A stretch of 64,000 nucleotides of DNA. Origin: an uncultured delta proteobacterium. Lineage in GTDB: Bacteria > Desulfobacterota > Binatia > Binatales > Binataceae. Shown here in pieces: positions 10,536-18,130 of this stretch (position 1 is the stretch's first letter; the number at the start of each line of letters is the position of its first letter). Under the pieces are notes generated by a model. That model was not told the DNA's origin. It made no database searches and saw nothing but the letters and a program-made list of their open reading frames with translations. The stretch lies in the NCBI GenBank assembly GCA_963808235.1, contig CAWEEQ010000004.1:2624001-2688000 (forward strand). Reading direction: 5' to 3'. The translations under genes and the position numbers were made by a program.

Positions 10536-11162
10536 GTGACGATTTTTTTCCGATTGCGCAGTCGCATGACGACGGTGGCGATAGCGCTCGCGGGATGTGC
10601 GATGCTGGCGTCTTCGAGCTACGCATCGTCGAGCAACCGTGCGGCTTCCGACGTGATCGTCGGCGATGCTGAAGCTCTCATCAAGCGGGCCGGTCAATCC
10701 GATCCGGCCGACACCAAAAAAATACATGAGGCGATGGACAAACTGCACGAAGCCCTGCGTGTCGATCCCGAAAACGACTCCGCTTATGTGGACTTAGGCT
10801 TCTGTTACGGGGTGCTGCGCGACGGGACCACGGCGACCGACATGTACACCAAGGCGACCCAGCTGAATCCGTCGGGCGCGAATTTTATCGAATTGGCCGA
10901 CATCTATTTGCGCACGGGCGACGCCGAAGATGCGCTGTTGGCGGCCAACGCCGGACTCGCAAAAGATCCGGAAAATGCGCGTCTCTACAATGCCAAAGGC
11001 ATGGCGCTCAACGATTTGCAGCGCTTCGACGAGGCGGAAGAGGCGTGGGAAAAGGCGCTGCGGCTGAAGCCGGACTTCCCGGCCGCGAAGGCAAATCTGC
11101 AAGCGCTGAACGGGGGCGCGACCGGCCGCGGCAGTATCACAAAGCATCCGGCGCAGAACTAG
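10536..11162 (+). CDS. Exported tetratricopeptide-repeat protein
   Basis: Signal-like N-terminus and about four TPR-like repeats (AL..DP.N..AY..LG). Confidence 0.85.
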   Translation: MTIFFRLRSRMTTVAIALAGCAMLASSSYASSSNRAASDVIVGDAEALIKRAGQSDPADTKKIHEAMDKLHEALRVDPENDSAYVDLGFCYGVLRDGTTATDMYTKATQLNPSGANFIELADIYLRTGDAEDALLAANAGLAKDPENARLYNAKGMALNDLQRFDEAEEAWEKALRLKPDFPAAKANLQALNGGATGRGSITKHPAQN

Positions 11163-11178
11163 TCGAATCTCTAGTTTT

Positions 11179-11514
11179 TCACTGGCCGCTGATCGGACGC
11201 TCGGGCTCACCGACGCAGTAAGCGCATCGGCACAGATCTCTCAGCTGGCGCATCGTGTAGATACTCTCGTGACCATCGACCCATCCGATGAAGACTGCCG
11301 CATCGCCGAGGCGCGAAAACTGCGCGAGGCGCTGGCTGGCAGGCGGAATCTCGCCGGTCAATCCGCCCTTGCACGCATCGCAGAGGCATCCGCGGCGCAA
11401 ATTCTCGAGCGGAAAAATACTGTCGTGACCGTCGACCCACTGCACGCCGACGGCGTAGCGCCCGACTTCGTGAAGTTCTTTGATCTTCGGAGTCTTTGAC
11501 TTGATAAGGGCCAT
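11179..11514 (-). CDS. DUF971 / GBBH-like N-terminal domain protein with two tandem repeats
   Basis: Two W-V-D-G-H-x-S-I...L-R-x-x-C-x-C-x-x-C units. Confidence 0.8.
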   Translation of the reverse strand: MALIKSKTPKIKELHEVGRYAVGVQWVDGHDSIFPLENLRRGCLCDACKGGLTGEIPPASQRLAQFSRLGDAAVFIGWVDGHESIYTMRQLRDLCRCAYCVGEPERPISGQ

Positions 11515-11606
11515 GGGTAAAGTCTCGAAAAGAGTATATCCCCTCGATCGACGACGCGGAACAATTTCATGATTCGCATCTTAATCACCCGAAGGAGTTT
11601 TCGATC

Positions 11607-12083
11607 ATGGATGAAAAAGCGAAAAAACAAGCGCTCCTGATGATCCCCTACGGACTCTTCGTGCTTGGCGCCACGCACGGCGGAACGGCCACTGCGGCCA
11701 CCGTCAACTGGGTTACGCAAGCGAGTTTCAACCCGCCGCTGGTGGTGGTGGGAATCAAGAAGGACTCGGGTTCGCATGCGATGGTGAAGGACTCGAAGAA
11801 GTTTGCGCTGTCGGTGCTCGGCGCGGGACAAAAGGCGATCGCGGGGGCATTCTTTCGCCACGTCGAACCCAAGGACGGCAAGTTCGGCGACTTCGCTTTT
11901 CAGAATGGAAAAAACGGCGCGCCGATAATCAGCGACGCGCCCGCGTCGGTGGAGTGCGAGGTGGTCGGCTTCTACGAACTCGGCGATCACAGCGTCGTGG
12001 TCGGCAAAGTGACCGAGGCGCATATCAATCGCGAGGGCGAGGCTCTCACGATGAAAGAGACCGGTTGGAATTACGGTGGATAG
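11607..12083 (+). CDS. Flavin reductase-like protein
   Basis: QASFNPPL and GDHSVVVGKV motifs. Confidence 0.9.
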   Translation: MDEKAKKQALLMIPYGLFVLGATHGGTATAATVNWVTQASFNPPLVVVGIKKDSGSHAMVKDSKKFALSVLGAGQKAIAGAFFRHVEPKDGKFGDFAFQNGKNGAPIISDAPASVECEVVGFYELGDHSVVVGKVTEAHINREGEALTMKETGWNYGG

Positions 12084-12095
12084 AATCGGCTGACG

Positions 12096-13142
12096 ATGGC
12101 TTCCGAAGCGGCGAAGATTTCGAGTGACGAGATGCGCCGCTCACTCGAGCGGCTCGCATCGCATGCGGGAGCAGAGCTAGTCGCCAAGCAGCCGCATTGG
12201 GGCGACGCGATTCTGTGTGACGGGTTGATCTACGCCGCGACGGCGCTTGGAAAAGGTGACCCGATCCAGGCGGCAGAGAAATGGTTCGCACCGAAGCTCG
12301 GGCAGGGTCCCCGGACCGGCGGATGGTTCTGGTTCTGGGCGGCGGAGGCGCTGCCGGCGCTGGACTTGCATCTGAAGACCGGTGACGCGCGCTATCTCGA
12401 ATACGCGCGCACCGTCATCGACTTCATGGAGAACACGGCCGCACGCACTCCCGACGGCGCATTCGTACCGCATCCGCCGGCACTCGAGGTGTGGATCGAC
12501 GTCTGCTACTTCACTGCGCCGGCGATCGCGAGGCTCGGGCGAATCTCGGACGACACCTCGATGATCGAGCGCGCGCTCGATCAGATGATTCTTCACGCTG
12601 ATCATCTTGTCGATTCGCACAGCGGACTTTTCTGGCATGTAGCTTACGTCGAAAAAAAGTCGCATTCCGCGTGCTTGTGGGCTCGCGGCAATAGCTGGTT
12701 TTCGATTGCGGCGCCGCAAGTGCTCGCGGAAGTCGACGCGGCCGCACTAAGCGCGCGTTTCGCCGACAAGACTGAAAAAATTCGCACTGTGCTTGCGCGC
12801 CAGCTGAACGCGATCGCACGGCCTCAGGACGACAGCGGGCTCTGGCATACCGTGATCGATCGCCCCGATTCGTACCTGGAAGCGTCTTCCGCGGCTGGAT
12901 TCGCACTGGCGCTGGGACGCGCGCTCAAGACCGGGCTCGTCGGACTCGATCGCGACCTCTTGAGCCAATCGTACACGCGCGCGCTTCGCGCGATCTGCGC
13001 GAAGATAGACTCGACGGGAGAGTTCACCGGCGTGTCGCAGCAGACTCCGCCCGGAGACTTCGCCTTTTACAACTCGATAGAGACTGGAACAGCGCCGTTC
13101 GCGACCGGCGTCTGCATGATGGCCCTAAGCGAGGCGGTTTAG
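12096..13142 (+). CDS. Glycoside hydrolase family 88/105 (unsaturated uronyl hydrolase-like)
   Basis: WID, GLFWH, WARGNSW, QDDSGLWH and YLEASS motifs. Confidence 0.85.
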   Translation: MASEAAKISSDEMRRSLERLASHAGAELVAKQPHWGDAILCDGLIYAATALGKGDPIQAAEKWFAPKLGQGPRTGGWFWFWAAEALPALDLHLKTGDARYLEYARTVIDFMENTAARTPDGAFVPHPPALEVWIDVCYFTAPAIARLGRISDDTSMIERALDQMILHADHLVDSHSGLFWHVAYVEKKSHSACLWARGNSWFSIAAPQVLAEVDAAALSARFADKTEKIRTVLARQLNAIARPQDDSGLWHTVIDRPDSYLEASSAAGFALALGRALKTGLVGLDRDLLSQSYTRALRAICAKIDSTGEFTGVSQQTPPGDFAFYNSIETGTAPFATGVCMMALSEAV

Positions 13143-13144
13143 AC

Positions 13145-14201
13145 ATGCCAAACAAAAAAGTCGTAGTGCTGCCGGGCGACGATGCGGCGCCGGAAGCGAT
13201 GGCGGCGACGATGGACACGCTGCGCGCGCTCAAACTGGCAATCGATTACGTCGAATTTCCGCCCGGTGACAAGTGGGTCCGCGGCGAGACCGACGCTGCC
13301 GCGCGCAAAGCGATCGACGCATCCGACACCACGCTGTTCGGATCGACCTCGGGCAAGACCACCGCGATCACGTATCTGCGCTGGGGCAAACAGACGTTCG
13401 CCAACGTTCGGCCAATCCGCTACTCGAAGGGTTTCAATAGCCCGCTCGCGCATCCGGAGGGAATCGACTTCGTGATCGTGCGCGAAAATCTGGAGGACTT
13501 GTATCTCGGCCTCGAGGGACCGCTCGAAGCGCTCGCGCCGCTGCGCCTGATGAGCAAGATTTTGCGCGCGCCGCTGGACACCACGGAACGCGGAATCTAC
13601 GCGATAAAAGTGATCACCGAGCGCGCGACGCGCCGGGTCGCCGAGTTCGCATGCCAGCTCGCGATCAAACGCAAACGCGCGGGCGGCAAGGGCAAGCTAA
13701 CCTGCACCTCGAAGTACAACATGCTGCGCGAGTCAGACGGTCTGTTCCGCAGAATCGTCGAGGAGACCGCGGCCACGCATCCGGAAATCAAGTACGAACA
13801 GTTTATCGTGGACGACTTCGCGCGGCGGCTGGTGCAATCTCCGCAGGACCTCGACGTGGTGGTCGCGCCAAATCTCTACGGCGACATCCTGTCCGACGCG
13901 GCGGCGGGAACGATCGGCGGACTCGGACTCGCGCCAAGCGGATGCTACGGCGCGGATTACGCCTACTTCGAATCGGTGCATGGCACCGCGCCCGATATCA
14001 TGGGAATGGGCATCATCAATCCGTCGGCGACGATGCTCTCGGCGGCGCTGATGCTCGAGTACCTCGGCTTCGCCGACGCGGGCGCGCGCTTCGATGCCGC
14101 AGTGCGCAAAGTCTACGCGGAGGGGCGAGTGCTCACACCCGACCAGGGCGGCACCGCGAAGACGTTCAGAGTTCACGCGCGCTGTAATTGGGAATCTGTA
14201 A
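13145..14201 (+). CDS. Isocitrate/isopropylmalate dehydrogenase family; +1 frameshift near 14165 in the last codons
   Basis: VRENLEDLY, PNLYGDILSD and HGTAPDI motifs. The canonical tail GGTAKTSEFTRAVIGNL* is restored by removing one T near 14165; as written the ORF runs to 14248. Confidence 0.88.
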
Positions 14202-14210
14202 GATCCAAAA

Positions 14211-15128
14211 TCACTGAAATGCGGACATTACCGCTTCGTAGTATTTGATCGCGCCCGTCGGATCCGGATGTCCGACTGACGCGCGGCGACAGGTTTGGCA
14301 ATCGAGCCATCCCGGGACGAGGCGGATGCATGCCTCGGTGCGTTGATCGACAACCTCGTCTTCTGCCGCCAAATCCATCCCGACGTTCCATAGCCAGGGA
14401 TCCGACTCGAACAAAGCATTCTGCGCCTGGAACGGCGGGAGTATGTAAGTGATTCTGTTGTCGGCGACGTCCTTTACGGCGGCTTTGAAGCAGAGATCGG
14501 ACTCGGTCCAGAATTGAACCGCGAGGTCGCGCGGATCGTTGGCGCCGGCACTCTGCATCAAAACCTCGACATTGGGAATCCCGCGCGCCTTCAACAGGAA
14601 TGGTATCCCGTGCTCCTCACTGTTCTCGCTGAGGATCGGATAGTAGCCGAGCAGGATAATTCTGCACTGAGGATCCGAGAACTTCGCGCAGACCGCCTGC
14701 AGCAAAAGTTTCATATCGGCATAGCAATGCTGCTTGATCAGGGCGCTGAGCGTTGGTGGCGCGGTGGTCGGATTCAACAAGACGCGGATATCGATGTCGT
14801 TGATTCCGCCATTCATCAGAATCACGCGCACGGCGGATGGTTCGGCGTACTGATTGCACTGATCGAAAATGGTCGGACCCGACGACGGGATCTCGCCCGG
14901 TAACGTGGGCCATTTTGAATTTATTCCGGCTCCGATGACCGCCCCCGAATGCGCGCGCATCGCAGCCTGCAGGCCCGGATACTGCTGCGACAACTGATCG
15001 AACACCAACTGATGGAACTTGTTGCCTTCTTCGAGGCCCTGTCCCCACATGACCGAGTCGCCCATCACCAGCATCACGGGCGGCTGTGCATTGGTTGTCG
15101 GCGGATTGGTACCTGTTGGTGCACTCAC
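14211..15128 (-). CDS. SGNH/GDSL hydrolase
   Basis: GDSVMWGQG, AHSGA, NGGIND and GHP motifs. Confidence 0.85.
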   Translation of the reverse strand: MSAPTGTNPPTTNAQPPVMLVMGDSVMWGQGLEEGNKFHQLVFDQLSQQYPGLQAAMRAHSGAVIGAGINSKWPTLPGEIPSSGPTIFDQCNQYAEPSAVRVILMNGGINDIDIRVLLNPTTAPPTLSALIKQHCYADMKLLLQAVCAKFSDPQCRIILLGYYPILSENSEEHGIPFLLKARGIPNVEVLMQSAGANDPRDLAVQFWTESDLCFKAAVKDVADNRITYILPPFQAQNALFESDPWLWNVGMDLAAEDEVVDQRTEACIRLVPGWLDCQTCRRASVGHPDPTGAIKYYEAVMSAFQ

Positions 15129-15158
15129 GGTTAAGTCCCCTTTGATTCCGGAAACAGA

Positions 15159-15788
15159 CTAGTTCGCGCGCCGAATAGCGGCTACTCCGGCGCCCGCCGC
15201 GATCAGCATCGCGCCCGCCGCGGTGTTGGTCGCTCGCGCAAAGCGCGGACGTGTCGCCAGGTGGGTCAGGCGGCCGGCGGCCGCACCGTAGGCAAACAGG
15301 ACGAAGAATTCAATCGTGATGCTGGTGGCGGCAAGAATCGCGACCTGAATCGCGACGCTCCCGCGCGGATCGATAAATTGCGGCAGCAGCGCGGCAAAGA
15401 AGATTAGCGCTTTGGGGTTCGATGCCTGCAGGATGAATCCGTTGAGCATCATCCGCGCTGACGAAACGGGCGGCGCGTTTGCGCGTGCGGACGAAACTGC
15501 CGATGACCTCTTGAAGATCGTGACGACGCCGAGCCACACCAGGTATCCGGCGCCGATCCATTTGATCATGAAAAAGAGATTGTACGATGCGATCAGAATC
15601 GCGCCGATGCCGGTTGCGGAAATCAGGAAGTAAAATGCGTTGCCGGCGAGAATTCCCAGACTCGACCATAACGCGGCAATTCGTCCCCGCGACAATCCCT
15701 GCGCAACCACCAGCAATACGGCAGGTCCGGGGGTCAGGCAAAGAATCGTCTCGGTGACCGCAAACAATGCCCAGATTTTCCAGCTCAT
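15159..15788 (-). CDS. LysE/RhtB family translocator
   Basis: LTPGP, GAGYLVWLG and NPKA motifs. Confidence 0.92.
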   Translation of the reverse strand: MSWKIWALFAVTETILCLTPGPAVLLVVAQGLSRGRIAALWSSLGILAGNAFYFLISATGIGAILIASYNLFFMIKWIGAGYLVWLGVVTIFKRSSAVSSARANAPPVSSARMMLNGFILQASNPKALIFFAALLPQFIDPRGSVAIQVAILAATSITIEFFVLFAYGAAAGRLTHLATRPRFARATNTAAGAMLIAAGAGVAAIRRAN

Positions 15789-15841
15789 CGAGGAAATACT
15801 AAATCACAGTTTTCGAACCTGGATCGACGCGCTTGTTACAG

Positions 15842-15870
15842 TTGACTCGGGGCACGGAGGCGCGGATATT
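15842..15870 (+). promoter_or_regulatory. Putative sigma70 promoter of the RIO1 leader
   Basis: TTGACT-N17-GATATT upstream of the leader ORF SD. Confidence 0.4.
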
Positions 15871-15903
15871 CTCATCAACTCCCCGGCGGGAGGTGCGCAC
15901 AAA

Positions 15904-15972
15904 ATGAATAGCAACTTGAAAGATCTTGTCGAATTGCGCGTGAGTGCGCCTCCGCTGAGCAGTCGCCGGTAA
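15904..15972 (+). CDS. Putative 22-aa leader peptide (MNSNLKDLVELRVSAPPLSSRR)
   Basis: Strong GGAGG SD at 15889-15893; followed by an intrinsic terminator and alternative pairings. Confidence 0.6.
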   Translation: MNSNLKDLVELRVSAPPLSSRR

Positions 15973-15996
15973 AGAACAGAAATTCCCCGACATCTC

Positions 15997-16028
15997 AGCC
16001 ACGGAGGCATCGCTCCCGTGGTTTTTTT
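15997..16028 (+). terminator. Intrinsic terminator (attenuator) upstream of the RIO1 kinase
   Basis: AGCCACGGAG-GCATCG-CTCCCGTGGTT stem with one bulge, plus a T7 run at 16022-16028. Confidence 0.8.
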
Positions 16029-16183
16029 GCGTCCGCTGCGCGCCGCTACGGTGGCCGACGCGCTCGCGCGCGATTGACGATTTCCACTTTTTCACTTTTC
16101 ACGTTTCGAAAAATCGCAAATGGAGGACGAAGCCATGAGGAAAAATAATTGGCGGCCGAAACCCGTAAGCAACGGAGTACAAG

Positions 16184-16921
16184 ATGTTCGAAAACGATAC
16201 AGAGGACGCATTCGACGCGTTCATCGGCGACGGATTGATAAGTGAAGTTCTTTACGAAGTCCGCAGCGGCAAGGAGGCGACGGTGTATTGCTGCCGCGGC
16301 GCGGAATCGAGTGGAAGAGAGTTCGTGGCGGCGAAAGTTTACCGGCCGCTCGAGCATCGCGGATTTCGCAACGACGCAATCTACCAGACCGGCCGCGACG
16401 CCCCTTTGGACAGCCGCAGCCGGCGCGCGTTGGCGAACAAGACCCGGCATGGGCGCGATGTCCAATTCGGCACCTGGATCAATGCGGAGTTTCAGATCAT
16501 GCGCCTGCTGCATGACGCGGGCGCAGACGTGCCCGAGGTGCTCGCACGATCGGGAAGCGCTCTGCTGATGGAATATTTCGGCGACGAGCGCGGTGCCGCG
16601 CCGATGCTGTTCCGCGCCGCGCTCAATCGCGAAGAGGCCGGCGCGATTCTCCGCAAGATAATCGACAACGTGACCCTATGGCTCGCGAACCATCTGGTGC
16701 ATGGCGACCTGTCGCCGTACAACCTTCTTTACTGGGAGGGGCGAATCGTCGCGATCGATTTTCCGCAGGCGGTCGACGCGCGGGTCAATCCGGCGGCGCG
16801 GTCGTTGCTGATGCGCGATCTGGAAAATGTGTGCGGGTATTTTTCGAAGTATGGAATCCGCGCGGACGCGCATCGGATCGCCAACGGTCTCTGGGTGCAG
16901 TACCAGGCTGGACGGCTCTAG
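16184..16921 (+). CDS. RIO1-family atypical kinase/ATPase
   Basis: SGKEATVY, AKVY, HGDLSPYN and IDFPQAV motifs. Confidence 0.92.
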   Translation: MFENDTEDAFDAFIGDGLISEVLYEVRSGKEATVYCCRGAESSGREFVAAKVYRPLEHRGFRNDAIYQTGRDAPLDSRSRRALANKTRHGRDVQFGTWINAEFQIMRLLHDAGADVPEVLARSGSALLMEYFGDERGAAPMLFRAALNREEAGAILRKIIDNVTLWLANHLVHGDLSPYNLLYWEGRIVAIDFPQAVDARVNPAARSLLMRDLENVCGYFSKYGIRADAHRIANGLWVQYQAGRL

Positions 16922-16940
16922 GAGTCGGAGCGATCGGGGG

Positions 16941-16980
16941 TGCGGCGCGCCCACCAGAAGATGTCGCATAGCGCGCCGCA
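16941..16980. repeat. 10-bp perfect inverted repeat between convergent genes
   Basis: TGCGGCGCGC ... GCGCGCCGCA with a 20 nt loop. Confidence 0.5.
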
Positions 16981-17128
16981 TGCGGGGAGGTAGACTTTTG
17001 GCGGCTCGGCGCGATCGACGGCGGCGTCAATGGGCGAATCTGCCTGCTCGGGCGATGCAGTGTTAGGAAGAGCCGCCCTTTTCCCGCCGCGTTCCATTGT
17101 CACTAATTCTAGTCGAACCCGAGCGCCG

Positions 17129-18049
17129 CTAGTAGAAGCGATGTTCTCCGGGAGGGCGGGTTTTCCAGCGGCGGTGGATCCAGTTCCAGTGGTCGGGATG
17201 CTCGCGGATCATGCCCTCGAGCGTGCTCGTATAGCGCTGGGTGTACTCGCGGACGTCTCTTTCGCGGTCGCGGGTTTTCTCGGCATAGATGGCGGGGAGA
17301 ATAGTGATCTTGTGGTGAACCGTGTCGCCCTGCCGCACCATGAAGACCGGAATCACCGGCGCGCCGGTCGCGATTGCGAGCCGCGCCATCCCGTCGCTGG
17401 TCGATGCGGGCATCCCGAAAAAATCCACGAACACTCCCTTGCGCACGTCGAGGTCGAGCGCGATCGCGATCATCCAGTTCTGCCGGAGCATCCGGAGCAT
17501 CTCGCGGCCGCCGGCCTTGCGCTCGATGACCCGGTTGCCATAGCGGACGCGCGCGCCGCATACGGCCGCATCGATAAGCGGATTGCGCAGCGCGCGATGC
17601 ACGATCGCGAGATGATATCCGTAAATAGAATGGGCGAGCTGCAGAAGTTCGAAATTTCCGTAATGCCCGGTCAGTACGAACAGACCGCGGCCCTTGCTGC
17701 GGCGTTCGGCTTCGTCCCAATGCTCCTTGCCCTCGTAGGTGGCGACGCTCTCGATATTGGCGCGGCTCAGCTCGCCGCAGTGAGTCCACTCGGCGAGCAT
17801 CCGGCCCCAGCTGCGATACATCTTGCGGAGCATCGCGAGCCGCTCCTGCGCGGTCATCTCGGGGAAAGCGATCTCGAGGTTCTTGAGCGCAATCGGCCGG
17901 TTGGGACGATCGAAATTCATCGCCCATCCGCCGAGGCGAGCACCCGCACGCACGGCGCGCTGAAGCGGCATCGCACGCAACGCGGCAGTCACGGCAGAAA
18001 TGCCGGTGTATTCGATTCGAGCTTGAACAGCGCCTATCTGTCGGGCCAT
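17129..18049 (-). CDS. lpxL: Lipid A late acyltransferase (LpxL/HtrB family)
   Basis: GHYGNFE, FFG and WNWIHRRWK motifs. Confidence 0.88.
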   Translation of the reverse strand: MARQIGAVQARIEYTGISAVTAALRAMPLQRAVRAGARLGGWAMNFDRPNRPIALKNLEIAFPEMTAQERLAMLRKMYRSWGRMLAEWTHCGELSRANIESVATYEGKEHWDEAERRSKGRGLFVLTGHYGNFELLQLAHSIYGYHLAIVHRALRNPLIDAAVCGARVRYGNRVIERKAGGREMLRMLRQNWMIAIALDLDVRKGVFVDFFGMPASTSDGMARLAIATGAPVIPVFMVRQGDTVHHKITILPAIYAEKTRDRERDVREYTQRYTSTLEGMIREHPDHWNWIHRRWKTRPPGEHRFY

Positions 18050-18130
18050 TGGAATTTGAGAATGTTCAGACAAAGCAACGGCGCGCAAGCTGAACGCATG
18101 CGCGCCGCCGTGGTGCTCTACACTTTTGAT

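Noticed and set aside
15904-16028. Type I toxin-antitoxin interpretation of the small ORF with a sequestered SD
   Set aside because: The peptide is not hydrophobic and no antisense unit is evident; the attenuator geometry fits better.
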